From Rhizaria sp. SCN 62-66 (lineage: Eukaryota), in contig MEDY01000098.1 in assembly GCA_001724265.1 (NCBI GenBank), forward strand, positions 1-64,000: DNA of 64,000 nucleotides, read 5' to 3'. The position numbers and the translations under genes were made by a program. Positions 13,101-23,293 of the stretch are shown piece by piece. The notes beneath the pieces were generated by a model that was not told the origin of the DNA, did not search any database, and saw only the letters and a list, made by a program, of their open reading frames with translations. The first letter of the stretch is position 1; the number at the start of each line of letters is the position of its first letter.

Positions 13101-13790
13101 GGCTCTATCCGGTTTGCAGCACCCACGTTTGCGGCCGCCTCGCCCGCGGCGCTATCTGCGGCGGCGCGGGCAGCACGGGCTGAGGAGGCCGCTGCGCGCA
13201 CCCAGGCGCATGCGAGCCCTGTGGCGCACACACGCAAGCGGCTTGACTTTGGTGGTGACGACGACGAGGATGAGGATGCTGATGTTGATGTCGTCGACGA
13301 GAATCTTAGCCGTGATTCCGAGTGTCACATTGCTAGTGCCACTGTCAGCAGTGTTGATTGTGCGGGTTGTGATCTTAAAGACATTCAGGCTGACGACGCT
13401 AAGGCAGAAGCATATCATAAGCTGCTGATGAGTGGCGCCGTTGTTTTCCCCAGTGCATCTGTGACTGCAAACCACAACACGAACGCGCGTCTATTGATTG
13501 CAACTGTGCGTGATTGTGTTTATGGTGCTCATAGTGAATACGCTGGCGTGTTCTCGTCCCCGGCGCCGCCCCGTGTTGCGAGTGATGCTCACAACCACTC
13601 GGCTTGCAACTACACAGACATTGATAGCACGTGTATGCAGCTCAACTCTTCTTCTCAACGTCAGTCGAGCAGTGCGCACAGTCAGGCAAAGAAGGACGCT
13701 CTGCGCCGTGTGAACTCGAAACGCGCCAGCCTCCAGCACTTACAACAGCAGGTGCAGCTACAGCAACTGCTGTCGCAGAACCAACAGTAA
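10113..13790 (+). CDS. Hypothetical low-complexity Ala/Ser/Pro/Thr-rich protein (~1225 aa)
   Basis: 3.7 kb open frame with GC-rich coding character, many SP/TP sites and a twice-repeated KRL(T/D)F motif. No recognisable domain. TAA stop. Confidence 0.75.
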   Translation: MFPTVGEGAFATTTFQPAPVFTKPDHDAPPRKPTVGMGPMTPGFASPVSARSTAGFPVASPSAASTAPLYSAAHAQSFTSPADSLSRSARAVPSVFASPAESFAASPRPYDPSAYLISPTANSNSHGHHSHSHTDSALTGLSAVTRPATASKATSGFAPRVVAGPASSASAAPRPRSPALPRRPATASSSSSVSASVSAAAVTSSASAAPKQTPALVVRVRTASSAKAAPVAARVTPASATKKAVNTVDKPTEATVTTAELVFGNKAIAAMSSPLRSRTPMSARSPLRARATPAVAPTSNSDRNSSNNGNSAANSASGFRTVMSPSISTANVNNHIAYTAGDSAVSSNENVRSVNSIVTVGSGMTVSSAAKLTAARMAAARLRASVALRSQQQQHQHQQQQQPQQQHLEATALDFAVDTAADVNTRVTTGPLPVVHTATTVTHTFANIANTSSSFTSANSHTLHAYATHTKSPRSAANGADPRAVGANGGAGAAWLSPLHAVQVQKRLTFDAADDETPAAVGAGPMPAATGPVQATVSGVDEDDELAMFYHNESDINSFKGNSYNTMSPAETPRVAPVPVAAACVTAQSSPAFQPAVASSLSAATVLPAPVTTAVAPLPPCAVQQFTTASATQPACATATTTARQPVSPRTSEAVAAAARTLDRSTIATLALARVALAEALTPRKALALSYSQDYSRAAAQDEDGTAAGNTAAIAAVAVSQHEQEMAQFILDFFGPLESETDEVIALALSEDQSVPRSAKVVTASEVAPLATGPATDDDDDDSDANDFDQAQSLSESESPFGLSLLSALPNLPAPTTEPSPTAATAMSAAVTAGSLPAVAITFTASIPVVTGLQLPSAAAVTASASAASGAADTGLRAPSPHVTRTAQAFADLEGAWRRQKGAATAIAAAAAASPAPLGGGSAVKSRARAAVSDISGGGNALMQALPPLSPSAVVADVTNGLSTTASSTVMATSSATTAKTATATVATSDKRAKTKGSIRFAAPTFAAASPAALSAAARAARAEEAAARTQAHASPVAHTRKRLDFGGDDDEDEDADVDVVDENLSRDSECHIASATVSSVDCAGCDLKDIQADDAKAEAYHKLLMSGAVVFPSASVTANHNTNARLLIATVRDCVYGAHSEYAGVFSSPAPPRVASDAHNHSACNYTDIDSTCMQLNSSSQRQSSSAHSQAKKDALRRVNSKRASLQHLQQQVQLQQLLSQNQQ

Positions 13791-15390
13791 CAGTTCAACA
13801 ATGTTGTCGTTGCAATAGTGTCGCGAAAGGCATTGGGGCATGGCCATTAAGGTTGGTACTACATGGCCGGCTATGATCCCGCCTGTATCATCATGGATGA
13901 TAGTGTGGCTGGGAGCACTAGCTTTTGCTTGGCTGCTTAGCTTCTCTGTTCATGTATATTGTACCTTGTTCTCTGCCACTTAAAATGCGCCTTATTTGTG
14001 TGCTCCATTCGAACTACGAAATATAATAAAGACTAAAGGATGCCATGCTCTTTCCAAACCACTCTTGATTGTATTTTATCTCTCATTTGTTTGGCGGCAA
14101 GCTTCTCTACATGGTCGTCCACGAAAGGAATTTATTGTCAAAATATTCAGCTACAATCATATATTGTTGGGCTTTTAGCTCTGAAATACATATTAGAAAG
14201 AAATAAGAAGTCCAACTGTGATAACACCAAAAACGTTGTGTTGATGCTCTCCAGCAGCAGATGTGTCTTCATCAGCCCACTATTAGGATGTTCACATAGA
14301 CCAGCAGTGCAGCCTCAAACGGCAGCATCTTTGCAGTCGCAGCAGCCATCATCGTCGTCGTGCGTTCGCTCTTGCGTACAGCCTCAGTGTCAGCGGCCTT
14401 AGCAACATCAGCTCGCGCGTTCGCAGCAGCCGCACCCGCAAGCTGCGCTCAGCACAATAAACTGAGTCGAAAGGACAGCGGCTCAGGCGGCAGACCACCG
14501 CTCTCGACCACAGCTAGCGCTGCCGTGACGACATCAGACTCGGGCTCCACCCAGTTCCGATTGCCGTCGCCGCTCTCACATTTCTGTGCAATCGCGACGG
14601 TAATCGGCTCCTCATCCCGGGCCACCGTAAGGTCACAGCGGCAAACAAACTCAAACACCGCTTGCGACGCGATGAAAATGTCCTGTGACTGGGTGTTACC
14701 GGCCGAGAAGGGAGTGCCCAGCTGCAGGATAATGTTGAAGTCAATCGTCTGGGCAGTCGTGGTGCAAGTCGGAATCTCAACATAACGACCAGTGTTGGAT
14801 TGGGACACAGGGCCAGGGTTGTAGAAACCAGAGCCGCACACGCACTTGCCATCAAACAAGCGGAAATGGTACGAATTGCCAAAGAGGGAGACGCAACGCG
14901 GCGTCAGCAGGAAAATGTTGACATCGGTGGCAGAGTTGGCAGCGAGAGAGATAATGTTACCATTAGGTAAAGTCGGTCCGTGAATCTGACGCAGAAGCTT
15001 GAGCTAGCACCAGCAGCGCGGAGCCGCTCAGTCTCAGCATTCGCGCCTTCAGCGGCACCAACCATCGCGTCGCGCCGCGCCTGCTCCGCCTGCAGCGCAG
15101 CGCGCGTCTGCCCCAGCGCCGCCTGCGCGGTGGCGAGCTCGGCCTCGCGCTCCGCCAGCGACTGGCGCGCAGCACGCTCGCGGGTAGTGGCCGATGCCAA
15201 CCGATTCATCAGCCCGCGGCGCCCCACGGCCGCTGCGTCCAGCTTAGCCTTGGCGTTGGTGCCGGCTGCGAGCGAGATAGACTCGCGTTCCTCCATTGCC
15301 GCAGCAAGCTGCGCCTCGAACTCTACGCGTTGCACAGTGAGGCGACGAGCCGTCAAGCTGCCAGCAACAGAGAGCAAGTGACAAATGGAT

Positions 15391-16596
15391 TTACTTATCA
15401 CCGGCCAAAGCAGTCCAGTCAGCAATGAGCGCCGCCAGCTTTCCTGAGGCGCGGCTGAAAATCTCAGTGCGAGTGGCGGGCAGAAACTGGCCGAATGTAA
15501 CGGCGTTTGAGGCACCGAGGATCGTCTGCGACATACCTTTCAGCCCGTCGTTGTTCATGAGTGCTGCGAGCGTGCAGAGCAGCATGCCCCAGTCGTGTTG
15601 CGGTGTTGCAGTGGTAGTCAGCGCTGTCGTTGTGAGATGGAGACTGGGTGTCGTTGCGCGGATGGGCATGTTCTCGGGACAGGCAGCGCTGAAGTCGCCC
15701 AGCTCCCAAACACGGTTCATGCGGATGAAGATGTTGGCGGGTTTGATGTCCATGTGGATGATGTTCTTGCCGTGCAAAAAAGCAAGCGCGTCGCCGATGG
15801 GACGGATCAAGTCGGCGAGTGTGTCATCGTTGATGGGGGAGAAAGTCGCTGCAGTCCTTGGGTAGTGATGCATCACGAGGCCGGTCTTGGGAAAGTCCTT
15901 GTTGATAAGATTGCCAACGATCTTGTTTGCTGAGGGGGTCATAATCTCATTCGAGAAAAGCTTGGCATGCGAGGAGTGTTGCTCACATCGGACGAGGTGA
16001 GTGGAAGTGGACTCGAGGCGCGCGACCCTCAACTCCATGGATGCGTTATAAAGATGGTGCGCCGAGCTAGCAGTAGGATAGGGAATATCCTCGTCAGGGG
16101 TGGGGATGAACTTGATGACCCAGGGAAATCCAGTGGACTTGTCCATGCCCATCATGATGCGTGGGTCCTCTTCGTCAAGCGGGCTACTAAGAGAAATGTG
16201 CGTCTCCTTCGTGAAGAAAAAGCGGGAGGTAGTATGGGCCCTCAATACCATATTGGTATAGCGGGCCTTAAGACGTGACACGAGGGCATCTGTGACATCG
16301 AACCCATAGAACGAAAACAGAAGCTCCTCCGCATCATTCTCCGACATCTCTGGTTGATGTGTGAGTTGGCGAATGTGGCCTCGCGTTGTCACCTTAAGAA
16401 GAGGTTGGGGCTAGTGACGATGAGAGATCTGCTCACGTCGGCATTGGGTGCAGTAGACAAGACCATCTTCGAAGAGAGTGAAATTCTTGTTGAGTATACC
16501 ATTCGTGACGCTGTCATCGGTCACGCGAACAGTGTAGGAACTGGCGACGCCGCGGTGGGCAAGCTCCTCGTAAGAGTATGAGCAGTACTACGACAT
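15391..16596 (-). CDS. Atypical Ser/Thr kinase K1 (401 aa if two in-frame TAGs are read as sense)
   Basis: VIK, MELRVA, HMDIKPAN, DFS and HDW motifs. The frame upstream of the tracked ORF (VRVTDDSVTNGILNKNFT...YCTQCR) aligns with the N-terminus of paralog K2, through TAG at 16411-16413 and 16588-16590 to ATG 16596. TAA stop. Confidence 0.8.
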
Positions 16597-17001
16597 TTCG
16601 AGAACCTCTAAGTAAAATGTGGGGGAAGTAGACGACAAATCGATGAGCGACTTTGATTTCACGGAGAACACGAGTGAGGTAATCCCTCATCGCGCTCATA
16701 GATATTATTGAGCCAAACACCACGGAGATGTGGAGGTCCGAAACATCGTCTTTATGGCAGTCGCGTCGAACAGTAGTCATCAGCTTACCGAAAAAAATAT
16801 CCGTCGATCGCCGATCTGTCGTCGATCGATCGGTCGAAGAACCGCAATGAACGAAACAGAAGACGATCAAAGTCGACAAAGCCCTTTTTGCGTCTCCATA
16901 TAGCAAATGTCGCCGGTCATCATGTATATGTTTCTTGATTTGTGTGCTTTCGTTGCCTTCTCATTGAATCTGTCGCCTTTTTTTGCTTGTAGGTTCGATC
17001 G

Positions 17002-18330
17002 ATGTTTGAAGAGCCAGTTAAGTGCGTCCTCACCGTTGAGGCCCTCTTGCCAGGAGGCTCCGCCGACAATCTCGTTGTTCGTGTGACTCCAGAGAGCATC
17101 ACCAACGGTATTCTCAACAAGCCTTTTACCAAAGACCCTTACGGGCTCGCCTATTGCTCCCAATGCCGCTTCTCAGTCGGCTCCCATCGCCGCGAGAAGA
17201 CAAAGAAAGCAGTCGATGCGCCTGCGCTCCTGCCCGCACCCCCAACTATGACCATCGAACGCATTCGCAAGCTTGCTGGCGACAAAAACATGCCAGATAA
17301 CTATGCGAAGACTCTCTTGGCCATGTTCCAAGTGCCCGGTGTCAACCATGAAGGTGACATCGATATCATCATTCGCAAACACTACATGTTTCTCCGCACC
17401 GGGGCAAACACTCGCACATGCCAGTGCTTCATCGAGGAGGCTGACATCTCGCTTAGTGATCCGCTCAAGGGCGCGGGCGTTGGGCACGAGAAGGAGCGTC
17501 GCATCATGATGGGCATGCACAGGACCTCAGGAGATATCCATGTCGTCAAGTTCGTCCTCACCAGTGCGAGTCGTCCCACTCTGACTTCGAACCCGCAAGA
17601 CTACGATCGCCATTTATATGATGGCTATATGGAGTTAAAGGTTGCACGCCTCTCGCCCTCTTGCGCTGCCCTCGTCCCGTGTTCGATTGCCTCCTTCTCT
17701 CAGAATATGCCTTACTTTTACCCGACATATTCCAAGGCCGGCATCGTGATGCCTCACTACCCAAGGACTGCAGCGACATTCTCCCCGGTCAACGATGACA
17801 CGCTTGCCGACCTGATCCGTCCCATTGGCGACGCGGTTATTTTCTTGCACGGCAAGAACATCATCCACATGGACATCAAGCCCGCCAACATCTTCATCGA
17901 TGACCAAGGCAAGTGGTTTCTCGGCGACTACGGCTCCGCTTGTGATGAGGATAATACTATCGACAACTCCAGCGACAAGAACAAGGACAAGAGCGATTTG
18001 AACGTCAACAACGATGGCGACAATGATGAGGATGGCAGTATGACCGGTGCGAAAAGGTTCACTCGCATCCGCGCGACAACCAACCTTTTCCACCTCACAA
18101 CGACCAAGCTGAACACCACAGCAACTCCACAACACGACTGGGGCATGCTGCTCTGCACACTCGCTTTCCTGATGAACGTCGGCGAACCTACCACGACCTG
18201 TGATGACCCCAATGTAGGTATTTTCGCCGGCCATTTTCTGCCCGCCGCTCGCACGAAGATTTTCAGCCGCGCCACAGGAAAGCTGGCGGCGCTCATTGCT
18301 GACTGGACTGTTTTGGCTGGTGATATGTAA
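17002..18330 (+). CDS. Atypical Ser/Thr kinase K2, divergently oriented paralog of K1 (442 aa)
   Basis: VVK, MELKVA, HMDIKPAN, DYG and HDW motifs; C-terminal half nearly identical to K1. TAA stop. Confidence 0.88.
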   Translation: MFEEPVKCVLTVEALLPGGSADNLVVRVTPESITNGILNKPFTKDPYGLAYCSQCRFSVGSHRREKTKKAVDAPALLPAPPTMTIERIRKLAGDKNMPDNYAKTLLAMFQVPGVNHEGDIDIIIRKHYMFLRTGANTRTCQCFIEEADISLSDPLKGAGVGHEKERRIMMGMHRTSGDIHVVKFVLTSASRPTLTSNPQDYDRHLYDGYMELKVARLSPSCAALVPCSIASFSQNMPYFYPTYSKAGIVMPHYPRTAATFSPVNDDTLADLIRPIGDAVIFLHGKNIIHMDIKPANIFIDDQGKWFLGDYGSACDEDNTIDNSSDKNKDKSDLNVNNDGDNDEDGSMTGAKRFTRIRATTNLFHLTTTKLNTTATPQHDWGMLLCTLAFLMNVGEPTTTCDDPNVGIFAGHFLPAARTKIFSRATGKLAALIADWTVLAGDM

Positions 18331-18648
18331 ATCTACGTGTCACCCCGCTCTCAAGTTACTTTTTTGTGTGAGCACACCGATGCAAGGCACGAGAGGGCGT
18401 TTTTGCATTCTGCGCCAAAGCGTCTGGCTGGGGAACCACAGCGCTGTGTACACTCAGTAGAACGTGACTGCGAGTCTGACGCTCATCGTCACAGAATATA
18501 TTGCTTGGTACCGCAAAGCGTAGTGACTGCGATTGCCTTTTCACGCTTGTGTGTGGGTGCAGTACGCGGGATCTGTACCTCAAACCAGCCTTGGACGTCA
18601 CTGGCTTCCACTTTGCGTCCTAGTAGTGGGCCGTAGTGCTTGGTTATG

Positions 18649-18726
18649 GCCGGCGTGCCTGCAAGCAGAAAGTTAAGTTGTGAGGGCCACCTCACAACTT
18701 AGCTTCCTGCTTGCAGGCACGCTGGC
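18649..18726. repeat. 37-bp inverted repeat with 4-nt spacer (long hairpin)
   Basis: Arms 18649-18685 and 18690-18726 are reverse complements at 34 of 37 positions. Confidence 0.92.
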
Positions 18727-19206
18727 AAAGTGAGATATGAACGCTCCTGGTCTTGATCTTCGGTGTGAAGGTTGTTGTGTCAATATTAACGGTGGCTGGC
18801 GTCATTGCTGACCGACCACCAGAGAACTGGCCCAGGCCAGTTCTCCAGCGGTCCACGACCAGATGTAAATGTATCAAGGAGGGACTTGATGTGGGTGTTG
18901 CGTGCTGACTCAAGCGATGTGCAGTGCAGAAGTACGTGCTCTGCTCACGGTATCTCACGGCTCCTGCGCGCTGGGTCAATTCTGCATGATATCTCGTTTA
19001 TAACTTTGATGTTGCCATACAGTTCTTGAGATATTGAAAAAGTACAGCTAGATATAATATATATTAAATAAAAACGTATGTATACGGCAGTAACGAGTAT
19101 TTGATTTGTTATCCTTTCAATAATCAGTCGATCCGACAAGTTCTGTTACTCTGGCACGAGCGGCGTTACCACATGTCGTAATCGACACCCACTTCGCATA
19201 GGCGCT

Positions 19207-21381
19207 TTACGCGACACGGTGAAGCGCGGTAAGCGCGGGCAAGACCTCGCCCTTCAGAATTTCCAGACTGGCGCCGCCGCCCGTGGAGACGTGGGTCAGC
19301 GACACACCGGCCTCAGCGTCAGCGTCAGCGTCAGCGTCGGAGCCCTGGGCGGCGACGGCGGCCTCAGCGCGGGCCTCGGCGTCGGCCATCTCGACACCCA
19401 TGCCAGTCTCGCCACCGCCGGCGATGCTGGTGACGTTGGGCATGCGCGACAGCATGCGGGCAAGCGCGGTGGTGCCTGAAAGAGGAAGAGTAGTGAATGT
19501 CCGTCAGCAAAAATAGGACCGTCAGCAAAAATAGGAATTCGGCGGATGAACGTGAGATCCGTGTGAAAAACGGCAAAAATATATTAACAGGAGAGTATGC
19601 ATATACTCAACAGAATACTTGAAACAAAACGTGATATGCAAACGTATCATAGCAAACATTGCAATTTAGGAATTGAATTAAAATATAGTAAAACCATAAA
19701 ATATAGTAAAACCATAAATACTACAAGAAACGTACCACGCTGCAGGCCCTTCCACTCGAGCTTGCCGAGAGGGCCGTTCCAGACAACAACAGAGCAGGGT
19801 GCCAGCGCCTCAGCAAAGGCCTCCATGGTCGCGGGTCCAACGTCCATGCACGCCAGAGTCTCTGTGATGCGAATGTTCGTGATAAACAACACAACGACAA
19901 AGGATGAGAAAATAAGTGGAAATGTTTACAATGAGATAAAGATTATCAAAACTAAAAACTACCTAATTACATTAAAAATAAAATGGCATCTGTAAATAAA
20001 TAAGCAATTCCCAAATGCTAAAGCATATCACAGAGATGTGGCACGAGTTGATATTTGCAATTGTTGGGACGTACTCTTGTCGCGGACCTCCTGGGAAATC
20101 TGCTCCAGAGTCAGCGTCTCAGGCACCTCACCAGTCTCAGCGGGGTCGCGGCAGTCGCGGAGGATGACGAAATCGCGCGGCAGCACGATGTCGACGCCCG
20201 CCTCCTTACTATGCGCGATCACAGCGCGCGCCTGTTCGGTGGAAGCAGCGAGATCGACGCCGGGCGGCACAGGAACCGTGTCGGGCAGCGCGCCCGTGGC
20301 GACGAGAAACGGCAGAGCCATGGCACCGCCAACAAGCACGGTATCGACACGCTTGAGAAGGTTCTCCAGCACAGGCAGCTTGGAGTCGACCTTGACGCCG
20401 CCGACAACAGCAGCGGCCAGAGGCGCGGGGGCGGCATCGGATGGGGTCTGGGGCGTCCGCGCGGGGTGCAGGGGCAGCGCGTTGCAGAGGTACTTGACCT
20501 CGCGCGCCATCAGCAGGCCCGCGGCGCAGGGGCCGGAGACGAGCGGGGGAATGCCCACAACGGATGCGTGCTTGCGGTGAGCTATATCGACAAAAATATA
20601 TAAATTAGATATGCGGAGACCGCACATGAGATATGATACAAAAAACGAGTGATGGCATAGTAATAAACTGATTGCATGCTGTACATATGACAAATAAGTT
20701 CTCTGTAACTCTTGGCGATATGTCTGTCAACTTACCAGTGCCGAAAGCATCGTTGACGTAAGCGGCGGGCTTGACGGCATCGACAATGGCCTGTGCAAAG
20801 GCGGGGTCGTTCTTCTTCTCACCAGCGTGGAAACGCAAGTTCTCGAGCAGCAGCAGACCGCCGGAAGAAACGGCGGCGGCGGCCTCGGCAGCTACAGGGC
20901 CCTGGCAGTCTGCGGCGAACACGACGGGCTGGCCGAGGGAGGCCTCGAGGGCGGCGGCAACGGGGCGCAGGGACAACTTCTCGCGCGCAGCGGGGTCGGC
21001 GAGCTCTTCCTTGGTCGGGTCGCCCATGTGGGAAGCGACGACGACGCGGGCGCCGGCATCACAGAGGTGGCGCAGAGTCGGAAGTGACTCGGCAATGCGC
21101 TTGAACGAAGTCTTCTTGACGACATAGCCGCCCGTGGGAGCCTTGTCATACTTGACGTTGAAGTCGCAGCGGACGAAAACAACCTTGTCCTTGAGGTGGT
21201 CAAGCGAGACGTCGGGCAGAGTCAGCACGGCGTTGTCGGCGTTAGCGCGAGCAGCCGCAGCCTCGGTGTCGGCGGCAGACGACATCACGCGGCGCGCCAG
21301 CGTGGCGGGGCTAGCCAGGGACAGGTTGAGGGACGACATGCGGAAACTACGGAAAGCAAGAGAGCGGGTGCGTTGCAGCAT
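19207..21381 (-). CDS. PGK: Phosphoglycerate kinase with transit-peptide-like N-terminus; exons 21381-20736, 20581-20075, 19861-19736, 19475-19207
   Basis: VFVRCDFNV, SHMGDP, LLENLRFHAGE, NDAFGT|AHRKHAS across a splice, GGVKVDSK, MDVGP, VVWNGPLG, HVSTGGGASLE. Three GT-AG introns restore the frame. TAA stop. Confidence 0.93.
19501..19536. repeat. 18-bp tandem duplication in PGK intron 3
   Basis: CCGTCAGCAAAAATAGGA occurs twice in tandem. A second 18-bp tandem (AAAATATAGTAAAACCAT x2) lies at about 19680-19715 in the same intron. Confidence 0.85.
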
Positions 21382-21924
21382 ACCTGAAGGGGTGAAGCGG
21401 CGACGGGTCTTCGGCCAATAAAGCATGCGAGGCAAAGAAGAGTCATAAGCAAGGGAGTTTGGGGGAGCACGACAAAACGATTGGATATGATGCGCTTCCT
21501 GATCGTCAAACATGCCCATCTAAATATATAATATACAAAAGCACAATGACTATCTAGATTTCAGTCGTGCAGTTAACTTGACGCGACTAAACGATCATAA
21601 AAAGTCACGCTGCATCCGTGACTCGATGAATCCCACGTTGCTCATGTGTCGGAGAAGATGAATCATCTCAATGACAACAGGCGTTTCAACAGATACAACA
21701 CTCGCTTAAATGGAATTGGAAATGACAACAGGTAAAATATGCGCACGGATCGACGGTAAAGTGGATAATGTTTGTTTTGTGTATCGTCTAACCACAGTAA
21801 AGAAGCTTTGCGATCACATCAGCAGCACTCACCTTGCCGTGCGTGCCTCAAAGGGCGACACGGTTGTGAGTCACTAATAAAACACGTATCGTCGCGCGGT
21901 GTTGAAGTTTGACAAACAAACAAC

Positions 21925-22031
21925 TTACGCGGCGATGACGCCGGAAGCCTTAATGACGACAGGCTTGATGGGGGCATCACGGGCGTTGACGGGGTTCTTC
22001 TCGATCTTGGTGACGATGTCCATGCCCTTGA

Positions 22032-22065
<34 letters not shown>

Positions 22066-22440
22066 GTGAGGGGTGTTAACGGTGGTGATGAAGAACTGGG
22101 AGCCGTTGGTGTTGCGGCCGGCGTTAGCCATGGAGAGAAGTCCGGGCTTGTTGTGCTTGAGGGTGAAGTTCTCATCATCGAACTTGTTGCCGTAGATGGA
22201 GACGCCACCAGTGCCGTTGTGGCGGGTAAAGTCACCGCCCTGGAGCATGAACTGCTCGATGACACGGTGGAAGCCGGAGCCAGCGTAGCCGGCAGGGGCG
22301 CCGCCGATGGTGGTGCCCTTGCAGAGGGTGCGGAAGTTCGCAGCGGTCTTAGGGACAACGGAGTCGTAGAGCTTGAACTCAATACGGCCGGCGTCAACGC
22401 CGCCGATGGTGATGTCGAAGTAGCAGTTCTCAGTGGACAT
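21925..22440 (-). CDS. Cyclophilin-type peptidyl-prolyl isomerase (CypA-like), 171 aa
   Basis: [62 protein letters not shown] stop. Confidence 0.97.
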
Positions 22441-23293
22441 TGTGTGTCGCTAAGCTAAACATACGGAGAGAGACAAAAGCAGAGGGCAAGATGCAACGCA
22501 GAGTGTTGGTGGTCGCGAGAGTGACAGTTGAATTGCAGAGACGCAAGACGAATTATCGCAAAAGGTGGATACAAAATAGCGAGGGAAAAAGAAAAAAGAA
22601 AAAAGAAAATGAGATAAACGCCGAATAAGCTGGGAATTTTGTTTAATCTTCGAAGCAGAGAGATTGTGAAGCGCTAGGGCGGAAGATGTGGAAGACCGGA
22701 TCTGGACGTTGAGATCTTGCCAACGGCTGCACTTCACCTCCGCGAAACCGGGGTCTACCCGACTCCGTTCAGTGTACTGTAGATTACAAAAAGATATCAC
22801 TTCCATGACAATGCAAAAGTATTCCTAGCACAACATTTGAACGTGTGCTGGGGTCGGGATTTACCGATCAAAGATCGGCCCGCGACCATCTCACTCGCTG
22901 TAAGGGGCTGGACTGCCCTTAGCCTGACCCACAGGCTGAAGACAGACCGAGAAAAAGATATTCGAGAAGGATTCGGGAAGTGCCGATTCGTGTGTGGTTG
23001 GCGAGGTTGGGTGTCAAGGTGTGGCGGGACCGGAGATCCGATCATATCCTCCTCGTGTATCGCCACCGTGCATAGGGGTGCATTTTTCATGAATATCGGG
23101 TGCCTTATGTTTATGTATATATTTTTTAATTTTAGATCTTCGTCAAAGTGCAACGATGCCCTTGAACGCGTGCTCACTTGAACCGCCCTTCTCACTCTAA
23201 TCACGTGACTCCCTTCCCTTCCCCGTCGCAGTACTGAGACAAAGTCCCGAACCTCCAAGCGGTACTTTGCTGATTCTCACAGCTGACACAGCC

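Noticed and set aside
14000-19150. Kinase island as a defined transposon
   Set aside because: No terminal inverted repeats, target-site duplication or transposase/Rep-helicase ORF found by eye.
22852-22937. Three short adjacent hairpins in the cyclophilin/ClpB divergent spacer
   Set aside because: Stems are only 5-7 bp with no match to snRNA or snoRNA motifs I recognise; compatible with chance.
23201-23209. CACGTG E-box-like palindromes near several gene starts
   Set aside because: A 6-mer also found in 3' and coding regions; enrichment cannot be shown from this window.
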